DNA of 64,000 nucleotides from an uncultured Desulfurococcales archaeon (lineage in GTDB: Archaea > Thermoproteota > Thermoprotei_A > EX4484-217-1): the NCBI GenBank assembly GCA_964496035.1, contig CAZBXI010000001.1:1126-65125 (forward strand), read 5' to 3'. This document shows, one piece after another, positions 40,691-49,122 of this stretch (positions within the stretch are counted from its first letter, which is position 1; each line of letters opens with the position of its first letter). The position numbers and the translations under genes were made by a program. A model generated the notes under the pieces. That model was given only the letters and a program-made list of their open reading frames with translations, did not search any database and was not told the origin of the DNA.

Positions 40691-40844
40691 TAATGTGCAC
40701 CTTTCTATACTAGGGTAAGGGATAGATAATCTGTATTTTGGTGTATAAATATATGGTTTGATGTACTTTTCCTTAGTTATATTTATATTTAATCATAGGT
40801 ATTACTGAAATATACATTTAAATAATGCCTTAGTACCTAACTCT

Positions 40845-40872
40845 ATATCTTTAAATAAATAATTAAAGATAT
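40845..40872. repeat. 10-bp inverted repeat in an AT-rich intergenic region
   Basis: ATATCTTTAA-N8-TTAAAGATAT. Confidence 0.6.
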
Positions 40873-40947
40873 TAATGGGTATTACTTAGGAGAAGAAGGT
40901 ATATATTTAAACTTCATAGAAATCTGACGTACACTAAGGGGGTTTGC

Positions 40948-41157
40948 ATGCCTGTTATTTACCTTTGTAGGAATTGCGGTTTCGTATTATACCGGTTCGA
41001 GAGAGTAGGTCAAGACTATTATGGATTGCCAACACCTAGCGAAATAATGAATTGGTATGGTGGTGTTTGCCCTAAATGTAATTCGAAACTTAGAAAACCT
41101 ACTTTATCGAGCATAAGAGTTGGATTTCGAGGGAAACTGATTACCTTAAAGCAGTAG
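40948..41157 (+). CDS. Small zinc-ribbon protein
   Basis: YLCRNCG...PTPSE...CPKC; GGGGG SD. Confidence 0.85.
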   Translation: MPVIYLCRNCGFVLYRFERVGQDYYGLPTPSEIMNWYGGVCPKCNSKLRKPTLSSIRVGFRGKLITLKQ

Positions 41158-41353
41158 CTTTTAGTTGAACTTTCTTTACCGTACTTTTCTTTTCTTCACT
41201 GTAGTGATTTAATAATTCTATAATGGCTTTTCTTATTGCCTCACTTCTACTTGAAAAGTAACCTTTTTTAACAAGTTCATCAAGTTCCTCGAGAATTTCT
41301 CTTCTCAGTTTGAACGTTACAACAACGGTGTCATCGAGCCATATCGTCGCCAA
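41141..41353 (-). CDS. CopG-family ribbon-helix-helix regulator, aCcr1-like
   Basis: VVTFKL..E.LEELD...RSEAIRKAI...VKKVQL resembles Sulfolobales aCcr1 as recalled; GGTGA SD. Confidence 0.8.
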   Translation of the reverse strand: MATIWLDDTVVVTFKLRREILEELDELVKKGYFSSRSEAIRKAIIELLNHYSEEKKSTVKKVQLKATALR

Positions 41354-41370
41354 TTAGAATATCACCTAAA

Positions 41371-41386
41371 AGTAATACCGTAGTAC
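41371..41386. promoter_or_regulatory. Tandem GTANTAC boxes (candidate autoregulatory operator)
   Basis: GTAATAC 41372-78 and GTAGTAC 41380-86 between the minus-strand TATA (about 41391-97) and the RHH start. Confidence 0.55.
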
Positions 41387-41476
41387 ATAATATAAAAGTA
41401 TTTTTAGTATCACGTATCTTCAGTAGTTTTTAAGGTTTCTGAAAGTCTCTTTTAAAACCCCCCTATATTCTTACGG

Positions 41477-41719
41477 GTGAAGAAGGTGGGTATAGACAGC
41501 TTGATTAGTGATTTGACTACAAGAGTTGTCATGGCAGCTTGGGCTTTATTCATGCTATCATGGGCTTTAGGGTGGTTATTGAAGGGTTCACCTATTCCGA
41601 TATACAGAGTTAAAAGGTTCGGCCAGGATATGGTTGAGGATGCTATAATGGGTGCTTTTTGGCTTGCTGTTGGTACAAGTATTTTCGCACTTATTAAGTA
41701 TTTAGCTTCAGCATTTTAG
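41477..41719 (+). CDS. cedA1: CedA1 pilin-like DNA-import protein
   Basis: AWALFMLSWALGWLLKGSPIP..RVKR.GQD..EDAI...FWLA.GTS.F. Confidence 0.92.
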   Translation: MKKVGIDSLISDLTTRVVMAAWALFMLSWALGWLLKGSPIPIYRVKRFGQDMVEDAIMGAFWLAVGTSIFALIKYLASAF

Positions 41720-41745
41720 TTTAACAACCTAACGCGTGAAGAATC

Positions 41746-43197
41746 ATGGATCAGTTCCTTATATTAGCATACTCATTAGCTATACTTACATATTATCTAG
41801 GCGTATTCATATATGCCCTACCTATACCATGGTGGGGTATTAAAAAATGGGCTCCTACACTTATTTACGATGCTCTCGCTACAGCTATTCTCATTTTCAT
41901 GTTTTCTTCTATTATTGAACTAGTAAATTACCTTGGATCTATGCTGAACATTGATTGGCAATTATATTTTGAATGGATTACAGGCAGAATTGCCATTATA
42001 GGTTCCTTCATAACAACCCTCATGACCTTCTCTATGATGCTGTCTAGTGCGGGCATGAAAGCATTATCTACGGCAGGATTAGGCCCTATTATAAGTTTAG
42101 CAACGTATACTTTAATTGTTCTAGAAATTCTTTTCATACTAGGTCTCATTTTTCAACAATTCTTTGCTAAAATATTGGTAATAGGTGTATTACTGTATTC
42201 TGTGCCTTTCAGGATAACAAGGGGTGCAGGGGCATCTTTAATTGCTATGTCGATAATTTTTACTTTAGCTCTACCATTGCTACCGGCATTTGCAGAAGCT
42301 TTTGTTGTTGAAAGCGCTGAGAAAAATATTAGTGAGGTTATTGAAAAAATAGGTAGCATAAATGTTGAAGAATGGGGTATAGTTTTCGTTAAAGGACAAA
42401 TACTCGATAAAAAAGGACAGCCATTAGCTGGTGCTCTTACGAAATGGTATGCAAAACATAGTGGTGGAGAAGGCTTCGTAGCATCATATCTTACTTCAGA
42501 AGATGGATGGTTTAATGCTGGTAGACCATACGGAGGACTTCCATACAACGTACTATTAAGGCTGGAGGTAATCTACTGCGGTGTGAAGTTAATTCCAGAA
42601 TTAGAAACCATAGATCCGCATAAAGATTTCATATATGATCCTCTTAGAGATCCTAACGCAGATTACTTCATTACATTGAAAATGAAAAACGCTGTTATCA
42701 TGGATAAATACTTCATTATTAAATCAAGCAATCCTAAGATTCTAAGCTCATTAAAAATAAGTAAAAGCGAAGATGAAGTGAAATTAAAACTTAACGTAAG
42801 TGAAGAGTCAACATTAACTATAGTCGTACATGAGGACTATAATGCTGATAAAATCATGATTAACAACACGCAAGCAAAGAGCTATGATGAAGTGAAATCC
42901 TGGGGTCAAATCAATTTCTACGTTTACAACATCCCCTTAGAAGAAGGTTCGTACGAAATAAAAATACTCATTAACCCCGAGCAGCGAATAAGGAACCCAA
43001 AAATAAGCGATAAAGGGTACTTAAAGTCTTTATCAGGAGGCATAAGTAACTTAAGAGATTTAGGTAAAACCATAGCTAGTGTCATTTTTGAATGGATAAT
43101 GCTGCCGATAACATACCTTTCAATTCTCATAATGTCTACGTACTCCTTAGCTTATGTTATTGGTGGTAGAAGAGTAAGGTTACCTATAAAGACTTGA
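41746..43197 (+). CDS. cedA: CedA (VirB6-like) DNA-import membrane protein with large soluble insertion
   Basis: YYLG..IYALPIP..G.KKWAP.L..D; PFRI.R.AGA.LI; follows cedA1. Confidence 0.9.
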   Translation: MDQFLILAYSLAILTYYLGVFIYALPIPWWGIKKWAPTLIYDALATAILIFMFSSIIELVNYLGSMLNIDWQLYFEWITGRIAIIGSFITTLMTFSMMLSSAGMKALSTAGLGPIISLATYTLIVLEILFILGLIFQQFFAKILVIGVLLYSVPFRITRGAGASLIAMSIIFTLALPLLPAFAEAFVVESAEKNISEVIEKIGSINVEEWGIVFVKGQILDKKGQPLAGALTKWYAKHSGGEGFVASYLTSEDGWFNAGRPYGGLPYNVLLRLEVIYCGVKLIPELETIDPHKDFIYDPLRDPNADYFITLKMKNAVIMDKYFIIKSSNPKILSSLKISKSEDEVKLKLNVSEESTLTIVVHEDYNADKIMINNTQAKSYDEVKSWGQINFYVYNIPLEEGSYEIKILINPEQRIRNPKISDKGYLKSLSGGISNLRDLGKTIASVIFEWIMLPITYLSILIMSTYSLAYVIGGRRVRLPIKT

Positions 43198-43207
43198 GGG
43201 TGATATT

Positions 43208-43399
43208 ATGGACCCCTTTAAAACTATGATAATAATGTATGTTCTTACCGTAATATTTGTAGTGTACAACGTACTCACATACTCAAGTCAAATGAATGTA
43301 TTTGTATCAATATTGTTCTCGATTCTAATAGTTTTCCCAGTACTAGCTATCCTAGCTTACTATAAAAACATAGTAAGAGGTGAAATTGATGGAAAGTAG
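43208..43399 (+). CDS. cedA2: CedA2-like small two-TM protein
   Basis: 63 aa, two TM helices, located between cedA and cedB. Confidence 0.65.
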   Translation: MDPFKTMIIMYVLTVIFVVYNVLTYSSQMNVFVSILFSILIVFPVLAILAYYKNIVRGEIDGK

Positions 43400-45263
43400 T
43401 AAAATAATACCGTACATGCTCATAGTAGTGGGCTTAATGATTTCCATGTACATTTCTAATCCTCAGATTTTTGAAAAACCCTATTACGCAACATTGCTTG
43501 TAGCCTCAACAGCAATTACTATATCAATAGCAATAATGGGTAGAGAGAAAATTAGGAAGCTATTAGGCGCTAAGCTCAGAAAAAGTATCATTAAAGATAT
43601 AAATGATTTCCACGTTGAAGAGAACATAGTAATTATGCCTAATAAGGACATTTATAAAGGGGCAATAGTATATACGGTAAGCGAAATACCGTATACGTTT
43701 GCCGATGTGTCACAAAGTTTTCTACTGCAACAAATAAGGGCATTTACTAACTTTATAGTTGCATCCGAAGACAATACTTCCTTACTTTTAATTAAAAAGA
43801 GCGGGGATGTGAGAAAATACGTTAGGAACCTTGAACGTACCATAACTAATTATAAAGTGCTGCTTTCCGCAGATCCTGCTAACCCCTACATTCAGAGAAA
43901 ACTGCAGAAACTTGAAGCATTATTTAACAGGATAAGTAGAGGAGAAACACCAATCAATGTAAAAATATATTTAATAGCTTCAGCCCAAGACAGAAATGTT
44001 AGGAAACTCTATGAAAAGTTAAGAAGGAAAGGTGAGACATTATCTTCATCGTTTAAAGCAAGCTTAGGGCTAGAGTTAAGGAAGGCATCTGAAGAAGAAG
44101 TATTAGAAGCAATAACACATGGCCTTCTAGGTGAAAGTAAACCTATAACCATGCTTGAATCTGACTTGAGCTTCCTAACACCTATAGGATATGTTAAGCG
44201 GCCTAAAATTTCTGGTGAAGGAATATTTATAGGAGAGGATATTGACTATGGAACGCTAGTATTCTACGATTTCGAAAAACACTTAACTAAACATATGGTT
44301 ATCATTGGACCTACAGGTAGGGGTAAAACAACGTTATTGTACACGATAGCTAAGAGGGTTATTGAACAATACGATGTTCCCATATGGATTTTGGACTTAA
44401 GAGGAGAATTTATCGGATTAAGTAAAACAATGGGTATCTCAGTAGTAGACCCTGAGAAAACACCAATCAACTTAATGTTACCATGGTTTACTAGCCCAAG
44501 GCTTAGAGCAAGGCAGTTAATAGATTTAATTAAATCGTTAACAGATTTAGAACCCACAGAAGAGTACATATTATACATGTCGATACTTAAATCATATGAA
44601 CGTGCTCAGCAGCCTAACCTAGAAACGCTAATAAGAGTTATTCAAGAAGAAAAATCATCGAGTTCAGAACTAGAACTAAAGTTCTACACCTTACTTACAA
44701 AAATAGAGCAGTTAAATAGCAAAGTATTTCTAGGAAGCAGTTACGGCAATGTATTCTCCATAGTTAAGAAACCCGTAATTTTTGCCCTATATAAGCTACC
44801 TGAAGAGTATAGGAAAATATATGCGTTGGCGATCCTACAAATACTTACTAATTACATGTTAACATTAACGCCGACGAACAAGCTTAGACGCTTAGTACTA
44901 ATAGATGAAGCTTGGAGGCTTACAGATACTAAATCCGGATCTAAAATTATTAGGAGTCTAATCAAGGAAGGTAGAGGCTACGGGTTAGCAGTTGCTCTTG
45001 CCTCACAAGACATTACAGATTTCCCAAAGGACGTACTTGACAACGCCGGCACTGTCATCGTATTTGGCTCCAATAGTAAGGACTACATAGAAGCTGTAGC
45101 TAGGTACATGAAGCTTAATGAGGAGGAGAAAGAGAGAATGACGTGGTTGAAAACAGGAGAGGCACTAATCAGAATTACAGGGGATCCTAGACCAATATGG
45201 GTAAAAATAATACCGGAAAGCATGGAGGCTCAGAGCATAGTATCTAAAGCAGAAAATAGGTAA
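43380..45263 (+). CDS. cedB: CedB VirB4-like ATPase
   Basis: Two N-terminal TM helices, GPTGRGKTT, DEAW, KEGRGYG, ASQ; ced operon context. Confidence 0.88.
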   Translation: MKLMESSKIIPYMLIVVGLMISMYISNPQIFEKPYYATLLVASTAITISIAIMGREKIRKLLGAKLRKSIIKDINDFHVEENIVIMPNKDIYKGAIVYTVSEIPYTFADVSQSFLLQQIRAFTNFIVASEDNTSLLLIKKSGDVRKYVRNLERTITNYKVLLSADPANPYIQRKLQKLEALFNRISRGETPINVKIYLIASAQDRNVRKLYEKLRRKGETLSSSFKASLGLELRKASEEEVLEAITHGLLGESKPITMLESDLSFLTPIGYVKRPKISGEGIFIGEDIDYGTLVFYDFEKHLTKHMVIIGPTGRGKTTLLYTIAKRVIEQYDVPIWILDLRGEFIGLSKTMGISVVDPEKTPINLMLPWFTSPRLRARQLIDLIKSLTDLEPTEEYILYMSILKSYERAQQPNLETLIRVIQEEKSSSSELELKFYTLLTKIEQLNSKVFLGSSYGNVFSIVKKPVIFALYKLPEEYRKIYALAILQILTNYMLTLTPTNKLRRLVLIDEAWRLTDTKSGSKIIRSLIKEGRGYGLAVALASQDITDFPKDVLDNAGTVIVFGSNSKDYIEAVARYMKLNEEEKERMTWLKTGEALIRITGDPRPIWVKIIPESMEAQSIVSKAENR

Positions 45264-45286
45264 AATATAATAAAACCCTGATATTA

Positions 45287-45359
45287 TTGTTCTAAATGAA
45301 ACCGTGCGATCTAACCCCGCATGGGTAGAGATGAGCACGGGGGTCACCTCTAGGCAACA
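45287..45359 (+). ncRNA. Box H/ACA guide sRNA candidate (single hairpin with K-turn)
   Basis: P1 TTG(T)TCTA/TAGGCAA, internal pocket, P2 CCGTGC/GCACGG, GA...GATGA K-turn closed by TCTA-CCC/GGG-TAGA; ACA at 45357-59, 16 nt from the base of P2; GC-rich island. Confidence 0.7.
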
Positions 45360-45389
45360 CTACACCCTTTAATTCCAACGTCTTTCTCG

Positions 45390-45929
45390 GTGATTTTCTT
45401 GAACAACCTAAGCAGCATTACGCCCGTGCATGCAGAATCTTACTTCATTGTTGAACGAAATGGCACTTTTAACCAAATATTAAAATATCAATATCACGAC
45501 CCAGAGGAGTACTTCTATAAGCTCATACATAAACCACGTGAATATTATAATGAAATCAGCAGATTATATTCGGTTATTAAAGAAGTTTTAGAAGAAGAGA
45601 GAGTGCTCATAAACGGAAAAAGAGTAAGCCTAAACGTTGAATTTATAAACATTGACTTTACAGGGTACATAGATTTACCCTACATAGTATATTTTATAAA
45701 GTTCAAAGGAACATTAAAGAAAGGTGTTAATGTTTTCGAAGACTATTACGGCGAAACCGTGGCAGAATATGATTACGAAGTATACTGGTTTTTTCCTAAG
45801 CGAACTAAGATATTAGAAGTTTATGTTGATGGAGACTACGATCTCGTAGATGACAATAAGCTCTTTATTTGGGTTAGAAAAGGCGATAAAATATCAGGTT
45901 ATGAGAAAATAGTTTTTAAGCTCTCTTAA
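45390..45929 (+). CDS. Hypothetical protein
   Basis: 179 aa, Tyr-rich, beta-strand pattern, ends GYEKIVF. Confidence 0.75.
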   Translation: MIFLNNLSSITPVHAESYFIVERNGTFNQILKYQYHDPEEYFYKLIHKPREYYNEISRLYSVIKEVLEEERVLINGKRVSLNVEFINIDFTGYIDLPYIVYFIKFKGTLKKGVNVFEDYYGETVAEYDYEVYWFFPKRTKILEVYVDGDYDLVDDNKLFIWVRKGDKISGYEKIVFKLS

Positions 45930-47049
45930 TTCTTAGCACATTCTTATAATATTTCACTAAAGGATTCTTCACGTTACACTCTTCGATACATAAACCTAGT
46001 GTTCTCATGGTGTCGCAATTATAAGGCTTATACTTCTTCCTGGAACCTCTTAAACCAGCTAAATGTTCAACCTGATATTTAGCTATGGTTTCATCAAAAT
46101 CAGGTAATTTTCTAAAAACATTAACAACAGATTCTACATCTAGTCCTATATTAAGGAGGAAAGTAGCTAAAGCAAACCTAGCATGGTGTGAGAGATGTTT
46201 ACCATCTAAAGCATCCTGATAGAGAACTTTAATACATGGTGGAAAAGCTTCAAAAACAACAATTCCTAAGCTTCTAAGTTCATCAAATTTCTCCTTCATA
46301 CTAGCGTAAAGCGCGTATCGTGCATGTTCCTTTCTTATTTTTTGTACTTCCGACTCTATATTGCTTAAAATATCTTTAACTAAGTTAGGTATTTCCTCTC
46401 TGCTTAGAGGTCTAACTTGTTGTTCTATAGTATTAGTTATGATTTCTACTAAATATCTAATGACTTTCTCCCTAGTTAAGTAAACAAATCCTTCTGAGAC
46501 CATTTGATTAACAAGTTTCCAGGAAAGATCACTATGTAGCCTTATAGACTTAAGATAATCTCTAACATGAACCCTAAATGGGTACTTTATGTCATATATT
46601 ACTCCCCTACTTATAAGATAAGGGATTTTAAGAGGCTTATTTTCTATATTATCCAATAATATCCCTAGCTTACTTGCTATTACAGATAAAACATCGTTAC
46701 TTTCATCCATCAAGAACTTCCTTATTCTCTCTGCTTCAGCTACCGCGTATTTTCTGGTAAGCCACTTATCATTGAGAACAGATAATACTATTATGCTTAA
46801 ATAGTACGCTACTATTTCTTCATCATCTGATATTCCAATAGGATCAGGTATTTTCCCCTTTATTGCACCCAAAATTCTTTCTCTTACACGCCTTCCTAAT
46901 CTTTTAATATCCATGGTTTTTAGAATATCCATGAAGCTTAATCTTACGCTATATTTTATGTTAAAGTATTGCGTAGGTTGAATTAAAAAAGGGTATTTAG
47001 TAAAATCTACATGCACCCTTATATTTCTTCCAACGCCTTGCTTACTCAT
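45916..47049 (-). CDS. priL: DNA primase large subunit
   Basis: KYPFL, W.LVN....G.VYL, FPPC, HHARF, YQVEH..G, YNC..M...GLC..C..KNPL. Confidence 0.95.
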   Translation of the reverse strand: MSKQGVGRNIRVHVDFTKYPFLIQPTQYFNIKYSVRLSFMDILKTMDIKRLGRRVRERILGAIKGKIPDPIGISDDEEIVAYYLSIIVLSVLNDKWLTRKYAVAEAERIRKFLMDESNDVLSVIASKLGILLDNIENKPLKIPYLISRGVIYDIKYPFRVHVRDYLKSIRLHSDLSWKLVNQMVSEGFVYLTREKVIRYLVEIITNTIEQQVRPLSREEIPNLVKDILSNIESEVQKIRKEHARYALYASMKEKFDELRSLGIVVFEAFPPCIKVLYQDALDGKHLSHHARFALATFLLNIGLDVESVVNVFRKLPDFDETIAKYQVEHLAGLRGSRKKYKPYNCDTMRTLGLCIEECNVKNPLVKYYKNVLRIKRA

Positions 47050-47073
47050 AGTTAAACAACTTGAATACTAGGA

Positions 47074-47613
47074 TTACTCTACTTTAATACTAAACCCTTC
47101 CTCAGCTTCCTCTTTAACCTTCTTAATTTTAACTTCAAGAACACCGTTCCTATAGCTTGCTTTGGCTGTTTCAGGTTTAACATCGGTGGGTAATTCTACT
47201 TCTTTGTAATATTTCCTATCACCACTAGCAGCTGAGATTATTAATGTTCTACCCTTAATTTTTACGTCTATGTCCTCCTTATTCACTCCGGGAACTTCGG
47301 CAACAACAGTTATTGTATCTTTGTCTTCTATGACGTCTACAAGTGGTTCTCTTTCTTCAGAAATCTTAGGCCTTCCAGCAATACGCCTGACATTACCGAA
47401 CTCCTTAATTATAGGTTTACCGTCGGGACCTATGGTTATACTGAAACCATAAACATAGGGACCAAATACTCTTCTCTCTCCAAACTCTTCAGCAAATTCT
47501 TCCATTTTCTCTATTCTTCTCATCCAATCTCTAAACTCCTTATCGAGGTTTTCAAAAATATCTTCAAAAAATTCATCAAAAATATCCCAGAAACTTTTTC
47601 TTCTTCTAGGCAT
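47074..47613 (-). CDS. hsp20: Small heat-shock protein Hsp20
   Basis: GPYVYGFSITIGPDGKP, EEREPLVDV, AEVPGV, ASYRNGVLEV. Confidence 0.97.
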   Translation of the reverse strand: MPRRRKSFWDIFDEFFEDIFENLDKEFRDWMRRIEKMEEFAEEFGERRVFGPYVYGFSITIGPDGKPIIKEFGNVRRIAGRPKISEEREPLVDVIEDKDTITVVAEVPGVNKEDIDVKIKGRTLIISAASGDRKYYKEVELPTDVKPETAKASYRNGVLEVKIKKVKEEAEEGFSIKVE

Positions 47614-47648
47614 CTATACTCACACCTTACCCTCTAAATTTCACTTCA

Positions 47649-47696
47649 AGTATTCTCTAGAACTGTATGAGTATAAAAGCTTTAAACGAGAATACT
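47649..47696. promoter_or_regulatory. 9-bp inverted repeat bracketing the hsp20 TATA box
   Basis: AGTATTCTC (47649-57)-N30-GAGAATACT (47688-96); TATAAAA at 47672-78 in between. Confidence 0.45.
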
Positions 47697-47726
47697 ATGA
47701 CAGTGCATGTTACAGTATTTCCTACA

Positions 47727-48113
47727 TTATTTTTCGAAAACTATTTTTAACCCATGAAAGAGATGTTTAAATCTCAAGAAGGAATTCATGTTAAGAATTA
47801 TGTCGTCATTCTCCTTAACGTAGCTTAATCCTTCAAGAGGATTAAGAGGTGGTTTTGGTATGTTTTCACATATGTTTTTGCCTAAATATTTCCATTTGAT
47901 TTTTGTTCTTCCGCTCTCTCTAATGTGAACTATTTTCCACCAATAGCGACCATGATAAACATACTTCCTGCCTTTCACTGCAACTACATGTGTTGGTTTT
48001 AGGTAGAATCCGAGCCTTCTAATTAGGTCATTATACTCTCTAAGCTCTTCTTCATATTCTCTCTGGATATCAACAATCCTTCTATAACCACCAATAATCC
48101 TAACTCTGGACAT
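47727..48113 (-). CDS. Basic hypothetical protein
   Basis: 128 aa, G.YLKP.H.V...Y.Y.GRYWW...W.YLGK; possibly nucleic-acid binding. Confidence 0.75.
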   Translation of the reverse strand: MSRVRIIGGYRRIVDIQREYEEELREYNDLIRRLGFYLKPTHVVAVKGRKYVYHGRYWWKIVHIRESGRTKIKWKYLGKNICENIPKPPLNPLEGLSYVKENDDIILNMNSFLRFKHLFHGLKIVFEK

Positions 48114-48125
48114 GGTTTAGAACCC

Positions 48126-48189
48126 GCTATCAGCCGCGGCCATTTATATCATCGTCTTCGGCTCAAAGAGGGAAAGGCCCATCATCCTC
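48126..48189 (-). ncRNA. Box C/D guide sRNA
   Basis: Minus strand: C ATGATGG (48179-85), GCCTTTCCCTCT, D' TTGA (48163-66), C' ATGATAT, AAATGGCCGCGG, D CTGA (48130-33); GC-rich island. Confidence 0.75.
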
Positions 48190-48263
48190 CGGAATATTTA
48201 CTGTTATGAGAGAAGTATTTAGCTTTTCAACACATATAGTATATTAAAGCTTAATTGAGGTGA

Positions 48264-49106
48264 ATAGTCTTTAAGGGGAAAATAGTTTCTGCAGCAATAC
48301 CTCAAACAGAGGAAGGTAAGCAATACCATATTCACTGTAAACCGGGAGATGTAGCCCCATATGTTCTTCTTCCTGGGGATCCTGGAAGAGTTTACCGAAT
48401 CGCTAAATACTGGGATGAAAAGAGAGAAGTAGCTAAACATAGAGAGTATGTGACTTTTACTGGAAAATACAAGGGAGTACCTATATCTGCGACAAGCACA
48501 GGCATAGGCGGGCCAGCGGCTGCAATAGCCGTTGAAGAGCTATTACGTGTAGGCGCTCACACGTTTATCAGAGTAGGTACTACAGGGGCTATTCAAAAGT
48601 TCATCGGGGTTGGTGACTTAATAATCACTACAGCTGCTGTAAGACTTGATGGAACAAGTAAGCAGTACGTATATACCGAGTACCCTGCTGTCGCCAGCTA
48701 CGAAGTTGTTCTAGCACTTATTGAGGCAGCGGAAAGTTTAGGAGTAAAATACCACGTGGGCATATCAGCTTCTACAGACTCATTCTATACAGGACAAGGT
48801 AGGCCTGGATATAAGGGGTATATGTTAAGCTGGATGAAAAACATAATCCCCGATCTTCAAAGAACAAATGTTCTAAATTTCGAAATGGAATCTTCAACAA
48901 TATTTACGCTAGCTAACATTTACGGTGCTAGAGCCGGTAGTGTATGCGCCGCAGTAGCCAATAGAGTAACCGACGAATTTGTTGTAGATGCAGGTGTGGA
49001 AGATGCCATAAAAGTAGCTAATGAAGCTGTTCGCATACTTTACGAATGGGATGGCGTGAAAGTAGAGAAGGGGAAGAAGCACTTCTATCCCTCTCTAATA
49101 ACGTGA
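48264..49106 (+). CDS. udp: Uridine phosphorylase, extended 62 codons upstream of the track ORF; no canonical start codon
   Basis: In-frame QYHI.C..GDVA.YVLLPGDP.R...HREY upstream of 48450; STGIGGP, RVGTTGA, FYTGQGR, FEME. Confidence 0.9.
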   Translation: MVFKGKIVSAAIPQTEEGKQYHIHCKPGDVAPYVLLPGDPGRVYRIAKYWDEKREVAKHREYVTFTGKYKGVPISATSTGIGGPAAAIAVEELLRVGAHTFIRVGTTGAIQKFIGVGDLIITTAAVRLDGTSKQYVYTEYPAVASYEVVLALIEAAESLGVKYHVGISASTDSFYTGQGRPGYKGYMLSWMKNIIPDLQRTNVLNFEMESSTIFTLANIYGARAGSVCAAVANRVTDEFVVDAGVEDAIKVANEAVRILYEWDGVKVEKGKKHFYPSLIT

Positions 49107-49122
49107 GTTCAAGGATGAAAAT

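Noticed and set aside
40691..40947. Replication origin
   Set aside because: AT-rich but no ORB-like TCCAG..GAAA/G-string repeats and no orc1/cdc6 or whiP gene nearby
41430..41460. DNA-damage-responsive element (ANTTTC) upstream of the ced TATA box
   Set aside because: Only GGTTTC, a mismatched 6-mer; too weak to call
33286..45263. Integrated conjugative element suggested by VirB4/VirD4-like ATPases
   Set aside because: No integrase, relaxase, att repeats or composition shift; genes match the chromosomal Ced system amid core genes
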